Below, in pieces: positions 25,554-34,461 of a stretch of DNA of 64,000 nucleotides. The notes under the pieces were generated by a model that saw nothing but the letters and a program-made list of their open reading frames with translations, was not told the origin of the DNA and searched no databases. How positions within the stretch are numbered: the stretch's first letter is position 1; every line of letters starts with the position of its first letter. The translations under genes were made by a program, and so were the position numbers. The DNA comes from a bacterium (GTDB lineage Bacteria > Patescibacteriota > Microgenomatia > Woykebacterales > RBG-16-39-9b), in the NCBI GenBank assembly GCA_030704665.1, contig JAUYID010000009.1, positions 64,163 through 128,162 on the forward strand, in the 5' to 3' direction.

Positions 25554-27239
25554 ATGCTAAAATTCAACCTACTCATGGCATCAACTTTAGAGGATAAAAG
25601 TAAAGAAGAGCTAATAGGTATTATAAAACATCTAAAAAAGCGAAAGAAGTTTGGTTTGGTCTGGGAAGAAAAGCCAGAGGATGTTGTTGAGCAGTGCAAA
25701 AAAGAGCTACCAGTCCTTGAAGAAGTTAAAGACAAAACTATCGCTGAGGATTCAAACGGCCCTACAAATCTCCTTATTGAAGGTGATAATTACCATTCTT
25801 TATCAGTACTAAACTATACTCACGCTGGGAAAATAGATGTGATTTATATAGACCCGCCTTACAATACAGGTGCACGTGATTGGAAATACAACAACCACTT
25901 CGTAGATTCCAATGATACCTACAGACATAGTAAGTGGGTTGCTATGATGCATAAGCGTCTAATACTTGCAAAAAACTTACTTAAACAAGATGGGGTTTTA
26001 ATTGTCACCATTGATGACAATGAATTTAGTTCCCTCGGCCTTCTTTTAGATGAGATATTTCCCAATAAAGTTAGGACGACAGTTGTTATCAAATATAATC
26101 CAGCTGGTACTGCAAGAAGCGGGTTTTCCAGATGTCACGAGTATGCCATATACCTACTAAACCCAGGCCAAGAAATCAACAAAAAACCTGCCCCTCCCGA
26201 TATTAGAAGTAGAAATTTACGCCGAAATGGTAATAACTCCGACAGATCAGACAGTCCTACTATGTTTTACCCAATATATGTAGATAAGACCACACTTAAA
26301 GTCATTGGAGTTGGAGAAGCTCCAGGTAATGATTTTCATCCCGAAAAACAGACATTTGAGCACAACGATCGTTATGAAGTTTGGCCACTAGATGAAAATA
26401 ACAAGGAAAAAAACTGGTATTACAGTAGGAAAAGAGTGGAGGACAAAGGTAGTGAAGAATTAGTTGGTCGAGTTGTAAAGGAGAAAGTCCATCTTTATTT
26501 TTCTACTAGTAATAACTCTGAACAAAAATACCAAACAGTTTGGACGGGAAGCGAATATGACGCTGGGGCTTATGGAAGCAGCTTGGTTAAAGAAATAATT
26601 GATACAAAATTTCCTTTTCCCAAATCCCTATATGCCGTACGAGATTGCATAAAATCAGTAATTAAGTCTAAAGAAGCTATAGTTTTAGATTTTTTTGCAG
26701 GGTCGGGAACAACAGGACACGCGACTATGCTTCTTAATAAGGAAGATGGCGGTAACCGCCAGTTTATTTTATGCACTAATAATGAAAACGGGATAGCCGA
26801 GGAGATCACATATCCAAGAATAAAGAACACAATTTCAGGTTATTCTAACATAGAAGGTATTCCCGCTAATTTACGTTATTTCAAAACCTCTTTTGTATCC
26901 AAATCTAAAGTTTCTGACGACACTCGTAGAGAATTAGTTAAGCGTAGTTCTGAAATGATTTGTGTGAGAGAAAATACATTTGAGGAGACTGTAGATACAT
27001 CAAGTTTCAAGATCTACAAAGATTCCGAACATTTAACGGGCATTCTCTTTGATTTAAACTCTATAGATGACTTCAAAAAAACTGTAAGAGAGCAAAAGTT
27101 ACCTGCTAATATATACGTGTTTTCACTTACTAACGATACGTATGACGAGGATTTTGAAGATTTAGGAATTGATCACAATCTCTGCCCGATACCAGAAAGC
27201 ATACTTGAAGTTTATAGAAAAGTATTTAGGAGAAAATAA
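25554..27239 (+). CDS. mod: Type III restriction-modification DNA methyltransferase (Mod subunit, beta-class N6A/N4C MTase)
   Basis: DPPYNT (motif IV) precedes FFAGSGTTGHA (motif I), the beta-class order typical of Type III Mod. Abuts the res gene. Confidence 0.85.
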   Translation: MLKFNLLMASTLEDKSKEELIGIIKHLKKRKKFGLVWEEKPEDVVEQCKKELPVLEEVKDKTIAEDSNGPTNLLIEGDNYHSLSVLNYTHAGKIDVIYIDPPYNTGARDWKYNNHFVDSNDTYRHSKWVAMMHKRLILAKNLLKQDGVLIVTIDDNEFSSLGLLLDEIFPNKVRTTVVIKYNPAGTARSGFSRCHEYAIYLLNPGQEINKKPAPPDIRSRNLRRNGNNSDRSDSPTMFYPIYVDKTTLKVIGVGEAPGNDFHPEKQTFEHNDRYEVWPLDENNKEKNWYYSRKRVEDKGSEELVGRVVKEKVHLYFSTSNNSEQKYQTVWTGSEYDAGAYGSSLVKEIIDTKFPFPKSLYAVRDCIKSVIKSKEAIVLDFFAGSGTTGHATMLLNKEDGGNRQFILCTNNENGIAEEITYPRIKNTISGYSNIEGIPANLRYFKTSFVSKSKVSDDTRRELVKRSSEMICVRENTFEETVDTSSFKIYKDSEHLTGILFDLNSIDDFKKTVREQKLPANIYVFSLTNDTYDEDFEDLGIDHNLCPIPESILEVYRKVFRRK

Positions 27240-29521
27240 TGACACTAAAAAGCTACCAAAAAACTGCCGTGGATAAACTACTAAAGATAAGTAATAAGCT
27301 CCTGAAAAAAGATGGCCAAAGAGTTTGCGTCTTAAAAGCACCAACAGGTTCAGGTAAGACTATTATGATCGCTGACTTTTTGAAACAGCTTGCCGCTGAA
27401 CAGCTGCCCAATTCGTATGCCTTTATTTGGGTGAGTGGTAACAACCTACACAAACAAAGTAGAGATAAGCTCGAAAGATACCTTAATCCAAGCCGCTACA
27501 CCTTCTCTTACCTCGAAGAGATTCAGAACAGTGAGATAAAAGAAAACGAGATTGTCTTTGTTAACTGGCATAGCTTGACCAAACAAGATAGAACTACAGG
27601 TGAATACACCAACGTTTTTATGAGGGACAATGAAACCGATCAAAATCTTCGAACCTTTGTTAAAAACACTAAGGAAAATGGGTTACAAATTATACTGATA
27701 GTTGATGAAAGTCACTATCATTACTGGTCACTAAAATCTCAGCAGCTTGTCCAAGAGGTTATTGGCCCTAAATTGACACTAGAGGTTTCTGCTACACCAA
27801 AACTAGAACCTTCCAGAGATGAGATTGATCATGATGAAGCGGGGTATGTCTCCGTTCGTTTTGATGACGTAATCGCAGAAGGAATGATTAAAAGCGAAGT
27901 GATAATCAACAAAGAGATCGGTAAATACTCGGAATTTTCTAACGCTGCTGATGAAGCGATCCTTTCAGCTGCTTTGGAAGAGCGTCAGGAATTGGCTAAG
28001 CTGTACGAAGAAAGAAAGTCTGACATCAATCCTCTGATGTTAATTCAACTTCCGAGTGAAAGTGAATCAACAAGCAGCCTTGATAAAACTAAGCTTGAGT
28101 TTGTGGAAAGTTTTCTCAAAGAAAAGCACAATATTACAGTTGAAAATGGTTTGCTTGGAATTTGGTTGTCTGAGAGAAAAGATCATGTAGATAATATCTC
28201 TGATCCAGATAGTAGCGTACAAGTTTTGATCTTTAAGCAAGCGATTGCATTAGGATGGGATTGCCCAAGAGCACAAGTACTTGTTATGTTCAGAGAAATA
28301 AAGAGTGTTACCTTTGAAATACAGACTGTTGGGCGAATACTTAGAACACCAGAGGCGAAGCACTACGAGGAGGATCAACTAAATAAGGCTTACGTTTACA
28401 CAAATCTTGAAAAACTACATATTGCCCAAGACAAAGAAAGTCAGTCGTTTTTCCAGGTTTACCCTGCACATAGAACAGCAAAATATTCGAAAATCGAATT
28501 ACCCTCTACATATCTAAGTCGTATTGACTATGGTGATCTTACTCTGAGTTTTAGAAAACTATTTCTCGAAGAGGCTAATAAGTATTTTGGCGTTTCAGAA
28601 AACGACATGCCTAGTGGAGCGAAGAAAAAGGCTGATGTAAAACTCGATCTTCTTCCTAGCGAATTAAAACAACCAGTTATCTCTGATACAGTTATTCAAG
28701 ATATTGATGATCCTGAAAGTATTCTTGGGCCTATTGTTAACTTCCCTGTTCCTGAGGATGATTTGAAATACAAGTTTGAATACTTTGCTAAAGCCCGTTC
28801 TGTTCCTTATGCTCCTGTTCGCTCTCACACAAAAATTCAACAAGCGATTTATGATTGGTTTGACGATTACTTAGGTTACAAAGATTCAAGCAGAATTGAA
28901 ATCCAGCGTATTGTAGTATGTTCTGAAAATAACCAAAAGATTTTCAAGGAAATAATTGAGACTGCAAAGGATCGCTTCAAGGAAGTTAATAAAAAGGAGA
29001 AACAAGCTAAACAGCCTGAAAAAGCAGTTGTTTGGGACGTTCCAGCCCTTCAGTACTTCAATGAGCTTTATGAGGCCATAGAAACCTCTAACTACTCTCA
29101 AGAACCATGTTACGTACAGAAAGGCCGATCAGCTCCTGAAAAAGAATTTGAAGATGAAATTAAAAAAAGTAAGACGATTGATTGGTGGTATAAAAACGGC
29201 ACCAACAAGGAAAGCTTTTTCGCCTTACCTTATCAGCATCCAATCAAGGACACTAAACAAAGTTTCTACCCAGACTTTATCATTCACTTCAAAGATGGTT
29301 CTACAGGAATTTATGACACAAAGAGTGAAGCTACAGCGGAAAGTACTGAAACAGCAGCAAAATCAGACGCTTTGTATGCTTATCTAAAAGAACTCAATTC
29401 AAAGGGGTTTAAAGTCAAAGGAGGGATCGTTAATGTGAAACCCTCTGGAATGTTTATTTACGAGGCTAAGAAGTATAGTACTGATCCTAATTCCCCTGGT
29501 TGGCATAGAGCGGAAATCTAA
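27239..29521 (+). CDS. res: Type III restriction enzyme Res subunit (SF2 helicase-nuclease)
   Basis: Walker A VLKAPTGSGKT. DEAH-like IVDESHY. Helicase motifs QTVGRILR. Start overlaps the mod stop (ATGA). Confidence 0.85.
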   Translation: MTLKSYQKTAVDKLLKISNKLLKKDGQRVCVLKAPTGSGKTIMIADFLKQLAAEQLPNSYAFIWVSGNNLHKQSRDKLERYLNPSRYTFSYLEEIQNSEIKENEIVFVNWHSLTKQDRTTGEYTNVFMRDNETDQNLRTFVKNTKENGLQIILIVDESHYHYWSLKSQQLVQEVIGPKLTLEVSATPKLEPSRDEIDHDEAGYVSVRFDDVIAEGMIKSEVIINKEIGKYSEFSNAADEAILSAALEERQELAKLYEERKSDINPLMLIQLPSESESTSSLDKTKLEFVESFLKEKHNITVENGLLGIWLSERKDHVDNISDPDSSVQVLIFKQAIALGWDCPRAQVLVMFREIKSVTFEIQTVGRILRTPEAKHYEEDQLNKAYVYTNLEKLHIAQDKESQSFFQVYPAHRTAKYSKIELPSTYLSRIDYGDLTLSFRKLFLEEANKYFGVSENDMPSGAKKKADVKLDLLPSELKQPVISDTVIQDIDDPESILGPIVNFPVPEDDLKYKFEYFAKARSVPYAPVRSHTKIQQAIYDWFDDYLGYKDSSRIEIQRIVVCSENNQKIFKEIIETAKDRFKEVNKKEKQAKQPEKAVVWDVPALQYFNELYEAIETSNYSQEPCYVQKGRSAPEKEFEDEIKKSKTIDWWYKNGTNKESFFALPYQHPIKDTKQSFYPDFIIHFKDGSTGIYDTKSEATAESTETAAKSDALYAYLKELNSKGFKVKGGIVNVKPSGMFIYEAKKYSTDPNSPGWHRAEI

Positions 29522-29564
29522 GACACTACCGAAACCTGCTATAGAAACTCTTTGGTTAAAAAGC

Positions 29565-31298
29565 TTAGTCTTTTAGATCAAATTTAGAATAAAGCCAGCT
29601 AAAAATCTCTTCCACCTTTGTCCGAGTACTTTTAGACAAAGTTATTTTACTCGAATCGGTCTCAACATCCTCAAGAAAAACCCTTGAAACAAGCTCTTTC
29701 TTGCCTTTTACCAACTCTGAGTTGGATTTACTAACTTTAGTTGGGTAGCTTTCCTTTAGAATAAATTTATAAAAATCCTTGGGATCAAAAATATCTTCAA
29801 TTCCCATACAATCCTTTATTTTCTTGATACTTTCTCCAGCAACGGTATCGTTGTCCTCGAAAAACTCCTTTTTAAGCTGATTGTAAGCTTTTCTACCCGA
29901 GTCTCTATCATCGTCAAAAACAGCTTTAAAAGGATAACCCCAGCCTAATAAAACACTCGCTACATTGGCAATATTATTAACTCCGCAAGCGGGAATGAAG
30001 CAAAGTTTGTCGTCTTTGTCTAAAAGCTTCTGAAAAGCTGAAAGATAATAATGGTCGCTTATACCTTCAACCAGAACGTTAAGTCTAAGATTCGGATCTA
30101 ACAAAGAGTGAGAGGCACTGAGTCCCATCGCTGTCACAATAGGCGAGAGGGCATCCATTCCACCTTTATGCTTTCTCCCACTAAATTGGGCGACAGTTTC
30201 AACCTTTGTACAAAAATCTTTTTCATTAGTTACCAAGCGTATTCTAGCAAACTCCTTGCCAACTACCCCGATAAGATTTGGGTTGTGTGTCGTGTAGATA
30301 ATTTGTGCACCTTTGGAAGCTATTTCGTTCAAAACTTTCTTAACATCTTTTTGGGCCCTTTCATGCAAACCTTGACCAGGCTCATCAATAAGTATCACCA
30401 GATTTTTTATTGAGGATTCCTCGACCCCTAAAGCTCTTAACCTTAAATTAAACGCACTAAACCATTGAAAACCCTGGCTTTTTTGCTCCATATAAAGAGG
30501 GTCGCCATCATTTCGGTCAATTAAGAACTGAATTTTTGGTGATGTTTCGTGCGGAAGTATTTTTACCTTAAAGTTGTAACGTCCATTTTCCTCAAGCTGT
30601 TGCGACCAATAAGTGTTTAGATCATCACTAGCTTCTTTTTCCAACCTACTTTCTTCTCTGTTGACTGCTCTTGCATCCTTTCCAGCTATATCGGAGAAAT
30701 TTGCTTTAAAAACTGCTTGAAAGTCCATTACAGCCTGGTGATTGCTAATATCAGCGACAGGTACTTCTCCAGGAAGAAGATCCCTAAAGGAATCATAAAA
30801 GACGAATTTTCTCATTTCAATTACCAAATCTTTTAAAAGACCTTCCAAGGTAGTTATACTCGCTTTGTTTGCTACCTCTTGCCCTTCAGTCTCTGGTGCT
30901 GGATTATCATCAACTACGAAAAAACTAGCTAATTGCTCAGAATCCTTACTTTCAAATTCAATGTCACCCACGTTTCTTCTAACAAATGTTATTTTTGGAT
31001 TCTTGGTCAGAAATGATCTTAACTTCTGATTCTCTGTTTCGTTGAAAATATTTTCTATATCCCAATCTTCCAGCAGAAAGGTGCAAGTTACTTCTGGATC
31101 CTGCCCTTGCCTTCTTAAAAGACGTTCAAAGTCTGGTTGCGGGCCGTTTCGAAAAAAGTCCAGGGATTCTATAATTGCACTTTTACCAGCCTCGTTTTGT
31201 CCTGCCAGAATAGTGATGTTATCTTTCTCAGGTAGCTCGCAGAATCCAGTATCAACTATAGATTTAAAATTTTTAATTTGAAATGCTGCTAATCTCAT
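29565..31298 (-). CDS. OLD-family ABC-ATPase fused to a TOPRIM nuclease domain (Gabija GajA / PARIS-like defence nuclease)
   Basis: N-terminal Walker A AGQNEAGKSA. Walker B/D-loop LVILIDEPGQGLHERAQ. C-terminal TOPRIM (VLVEGISDHYYL...FIPACGVNN). Confidence 0.75.
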   Translation of the reverse strand: MRLAAFQIKNFKSIVDTGFCELPEKDNITILAGQNEAGKSAIIESLDFFRNGPQPDFERLLRRQGQDPEVTCTFLLEDWDIENIFNETENQKLRSFLTKNPKITFVRRNVGDIEFESKDSEQLASFFVVDDNPAPETEGQEVANKASITTLEGLLKDLVIEMRKFVFYDSFRDLLPGEVPVADISNHQAVMDFQAVFKANFSDIAGKDARAVNREESRLEKEASDDLNTYWSQQLEENGRYNFKVKILPHETSPKIQFLIDRNDGDPLYMEQKSQGFQWFSAFNLRLRALGVEESSIKNLVILIDEPGQGLHERAQKDVKKVLNEIASKGAQIIYTTHNPNLIGVVGKEFARIRLVTNEKDFCTKVETVAQFSGRKHKGGMDALSPIVTAMGLSASHSLLDPNLRLNVLVEGISDHYYLSAFQKLLDKDDKLCFIPACGVNNIANVASVLLGWGYPFKAVFDDDRDSGRKAYNQLKKEFFEDNDTVAGESIKKIKDCMGIEDIFDPKDFYKFILKESYPTKVSKSNSELVKGKKELVSRVFLEDVETDSSKITLSKSTRTKVEEIFSWLYSKFDLKD

Positions 31299-31383
31299 TT
31301 ATTGCTTTCATTTTGGCAAACAAAAAACTGCCACTTGGGACAGTTCTTGATCAAGTATAGTCTAAGCCACAGTAGGTTTCAAG

Positions 31384-31683
31384 CTAGGGATCGGTCACCA
31401 ATTCGACATCCAATAGCTTTTGCCACTTTTCTCCAAACCTTGTTTCAAGGCTATTTTTAAGGCTGTGGAGAACATCAGCTGCTCCATACAAATGTATGGT
31501 TACTTCTTCGCCAGTTAACATCAGACCCGCTTTGTCTGTTAGAGCAACCTTACGAAGGACTAGTAGGTTGGGGTCGGTGCTGCTTTTGAATTTTGGCATT
31601 CCGTCCGACCACCACGTACCACTAGGGTTTGACGAAATCTTTATTATTCCTTGTTCTACGGCTTCTTTTAAAGTAGTCGACAT
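31384..31683 (-). CDS. hypothetical 99-aa protein, upstream in the same operon as the OLD-family nuclease
   Basis: Co-oriented with the nuclease gene and 85 nt upstream of it. No recognisable motif. Confidence 0.45.
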   Translation of the reverse strand: MSTTLKEAVEQGIIKISSNPSGTWWSDGMPKFKSSTDPNLLVLRKVALTDKAGLMLTGEEVTIHLYGAADVLHSLKNSLETRFGEKWQKLLDVELVTDP

Positions 31684-32047
31684 ACAATTCTTTTATCACG
31701 TGAACGTTTAGTAGTCAACCAAGCGTACTGTGGTAAATAAATGACCTACCTGTTTTAGAAAAATTATTGTCGCACTGGTGAGGCAGTTTCCCAGCTCGAA
31801 TTTTTATCAAAAGAGGGTGTATGGAGGGTCAATCTTAAAAAGGTTTGGAGAGAGTCCTGCCTTGTTTAAGAATAGATGTAATAGTTTCTAACATCGTCTA
31901 TCAAGGAGAGCCATAAAAAAGCTTCTGATCGCAAGGACGGAAGTTTATTTCTTTCTTCTAGTTTGATTCGATCCTCGAATCCTTGTTTTTGCAAAGCAAA
32001 AAATGGGCGCTAAGCGATCATATAGAACGAGTGGTCGCAGGAAACTT

Positions 32048-32069
32048 TAGTTTCCTACCCCCGGAGCCA
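32048..32069 (+). repeat. degenerate tRNA-Asn 3'-end copy (candidate attR of the island)
   Basis: AGTTTCCTACCCCCGGAGCCA resembles the tRNA-Asn T-stem/acceptor/CCA with ~17 of 22 matches. Confidence 0.3.
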
Positions 32070-32112
32070 TTACCTCAAGCTGTCTTCAGCGCAGGATCCT
32101 AACAAAGTGGAT

Positions 32113-32156
32113 CCTATAGTATTTGACTTTTCAAGCTAACTCTGCTATACTTTCAG
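32113..32156 (+). promoter_or_regulatory. consensus sigma-70 promoter module P1 (TTGACT-17-TGCTATACT) upstream of high-GC ORF 32274
   Basis: -35 at 32123-32128 and -10 at 32146-32151. The flanks (CCTATAGTA upstream, shared spacer positions) match the modules at 46215 and 49833. Confidence 0.5.
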
Positions 32157-32273
32157 CTAATAAATCTCATTATTTTTCCCTCAATTCTTGTCGCTAAATC
32201 TGCTTTCAAACTGTTTGAATGTAGACAGAGCGGTAAGAGTTTACACCGACCTTGAGTCGGAGGGAGGCGAGAA

Positions 32274-32678
32274 ATGACGTCCGTATTATCCTGGTTGTTT
32301 GGTAGCAAAACCAAGCAAGCACCGGCGGTTCAGCCACAGAGGCCAGAAAACCCTCTGCTGAACCGACTCCGCGGTATCACCCCAGGGGTACAGGAGGTGC
32401 AGAAGTCGCAGCAGTCCGAGGTGGGCAAACAGCGATTCCTCACGGAGTTAGACGAAGTCAAGGAGATCGTGGAGGGCCTCGAAGGCAAGATGATCGAAGC
32501 CGCCAACGAAGGGCGAGACTATATCGACGTCTACAGGTCTAATTCACGAAGCCCAGAGGGTCTGCGAGGTTTGTCTCGTGCCGTCTTCGACTACTTGGAA
32601 CGAGAGGGCTTTAATCCGATCATCTGGGAGACGTATGACACACTCGGATCTTACAACCTAATTGCAGTTAGATGGTGA
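32274..32678 (+). CDS. high-GC hypothetical protein (compositionally foreign cassette)
   Basis: About 60% GC with GC3-rich codons. Strong RBS GGAGGGAGG 6 nt upstream. Hydrophilic 134-aa protein. Confidence 0.5.
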   Translation: MTSVLSWLFGSKTKQAPAVQPQRPENPLLNRLRGITPGVQEVQKSQQSEVGKQRFLTELDEVKEIVEGLEGKMIEAANEGRDYIDVYRSNSRSPEGLRGLSRAVFDYLEREGFNPIIWETYDTLGSYNLIAVRW

Positions 32679-32900
32679 TCACAAAAAGACCACCCGAATT
32701 AGTGCCCGTTAGAAGCACTCTGGTCGCTGCATACCTGTTCCCTAAGAAGAACAAAATGCAGCAAGTCCTTAAGATAATCATAAACTGGTTAATTTAAGAC
32801 AACAAACTAGCTGAAAGGTTAGTTTTTTGTTGGTAAAAAGTTCCAACATTCTTCATAAACACATTTATTTTCAGTATATTTGAAAACGTGCTAAAAGAAC

Positions 32901-33848
32901 CTACTGAAGTAACTCAAAAAGCACAAAAGACAGATAGAAAAGAATTAGAACAACGCCTTCCGCTCGTGTGATTCCTTGCTTAGATTTGGAAAATAGGTAA
33001 AAGAGCACTAATCCCAAAGCTATGAACAAAAAAGTCATTAAGTAGCCGTCTTTGGTCAGAACTTCCCCGTTGTGAAGCAAGGTAAAAACTCCAAAGAGTA
33101 AGGTATTGGCTGCTGCCGAACCAACATAATCGCCAAAAACAATATCTTTTTTACCTAAAATCACTCCTTTTACCGCTAGACTAAGCTCAGGTAAATTAGT
33201 TCCGATTGAAAGGAAAATTAAACTGATCACGAAAGGTGAGATATTAAAGAAGTTAGAGAAGTAAAGAGTCTTGTCCAAGATTATATTACTGGCAAAGAAG
33301 ACAATCACAATCCCACCAATCAGTTTGGCAATGTCGGTTAGGAGAGTCGTGTTTGGTTTTAAGTTATCAACCATGTCCTCAAAGTTCTCGATCACGCCTT
33401 TTCTTCTTTCGACCAAAATGATTAAAAATAGGTAGAGTAGAATCAAAATAACTCCTTCAAGATTGGATACCCGAGCGTCGCTGACAAAGAGTGCCGGAGC
33501 TGCAATGACCGCGAGGGCTATCACTAAATTCCTGCCTTCAAACTGGTGAGTTAGTCTAATCCCGTTATTCAAGACAGCTAGCAGAGGTATTACCAGTAAA
33601 AAGATAACCACGACACCACCAAGCAGGTTCCCGACAAAAATATCAGGCTTTCCCTCTAGGACTGCCCCTAAACCGACTGAAAATTCTGGTATTGAAGTAA
33701 GCAAACCTAAAACAAGAAAAGAAAAGGCGAAAGGAGATAGTTTTACTCGTTTAGAGTATTTATCAACCGCTGAAATTATTAAACCAGCACCAAACCAAAT
33801 TAGACCGAAGGAAGCTAGATAAATGAAAAGGTTTAGGAACGCCATCAA
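32901..33848 (-). CDS. CaCA-family cation/Ca2+ antiporter (YrbG-like sodium/calcium exchanger membrane protein)
   Basis: Two internal repeats of ~5 TM each with alpha-repeat motifs GLGAVLEGKPDIFVGNLLGG and TNLPELSLAVKG. Confidence 0.7.
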   Translation of the reverse strand: MMAFLNLFIYLASFGLIWFGAGLIISAVDKYSKRVKLSPFAFSFLVLGLLTSIPEFSVGLGAVLEGKPDIFVGNLLGGVVVIFLLVIPLLAVLNNGIRLTHQFEGRNLVIALAVIAAPALFVSDARVSNLEGVILILLYLFLIILVERRKGVIENFEDMVDNLKPNTTLLTDIAKLIGGIVIVFFASNIILDKTLYFSNFFNISPFVISLIFLSIGTNLPELSLAVKGVILGKKDIVFGDYVGSAAANTLLFGVFTLLHNGEVLTKDGYLMTFLFIALGLVLFYLFSKSKQGITRAEGVVLILFYLSFVLFELLQ

Positions 33849-34062
33849 CTAGAGTTTATCGTTTTGTTCTTTGTTCCACAAACCAGTAAACCACCAAACC
33901 TAAACGAGGGAGGTAAGACTGCCCTGTTGTTGTTAAAAAGTTCCAACCCTTCGATGAACTCAGGACAGGCATACTCGACCAGGGCGAGATGTTGATCCCC
34001 TTTTTAGCGGTCGCCAGGCGAGGCGTGTCTTTTATATTGACCGGGATGGTAAAATTACCAAG

Positions 34063-34461
34063 ATGAAAAATAGAAATCTATGGTTAGTTGTTGCCGCAGG
34101 AGTAGTTTTGGTTGGCTTGTTCTACTACCTACAACCAAAATCTGAAAACAAAAGTCAAAACCCCAGCAACCAAAGTGAAGAACAAAAGACATCCCCAAAA
34201 ACTTTTGAGTGGACGATACAAGGAAAGAAACTGCTATCAGGGCAAGAAACTCTGAAGGTGACCGAAGGTGAGGAAGTCAGTCTCAAAGTAAGCGCAGACG
34301 AAGCCGACGAGCTCCACCTCCACGGCTATGATGTTGCAGTGGACCTAGAGCCGGGCGAGACAGTAGAACTAAAAGTAAAAGCAGACAAAACTGGTAGGTT
34401 TGTAATTGAGCTTGAGGAAGCCAAAGTTGACCTTGGGGCTTTGGAAGTAAGTCCTAAATGA
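34063..34461 (+). CDS. secreted hypothetical protein, possibly a cupredoxin-like beta-sandwich
   Basis: Signal/TM anchor. Beta-rich region with an ELHLHGYD motif. Translationally coupled (ATGA) to the downstream membrane protein. Confidence 0.45.
   Translation: MKNRNLWLVVAAGVVLVGLFYYLQPKSENKSQNPSNQSEEQKTSPKTFEWTIQGKKLLSGQETLKVTEGEEVSLKVSADEADELHLHGYDVAVDLEPGETVELKVKADKTGRFVIELEEAKVDLGALEVSPK

Larger units (their letters stand above)
21096..32069. mobile_element. putative integrative island inserted at the 3' end of tRNA-Asn
   Basis: Recombinase abuts the tRNA 3' end. A degenerate copy of the tRNA-Asn 3' end (TTTCCTACCCCCGGAGCCA vs AATCCTACCCGAGGAGCCA) lies at ~32051-32069. Cargo: XRE regulator, phage terminase remnant, Type III R-M, OLD-family nuclease. 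The exact boundaries are an inference. Confidence 0.45.
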
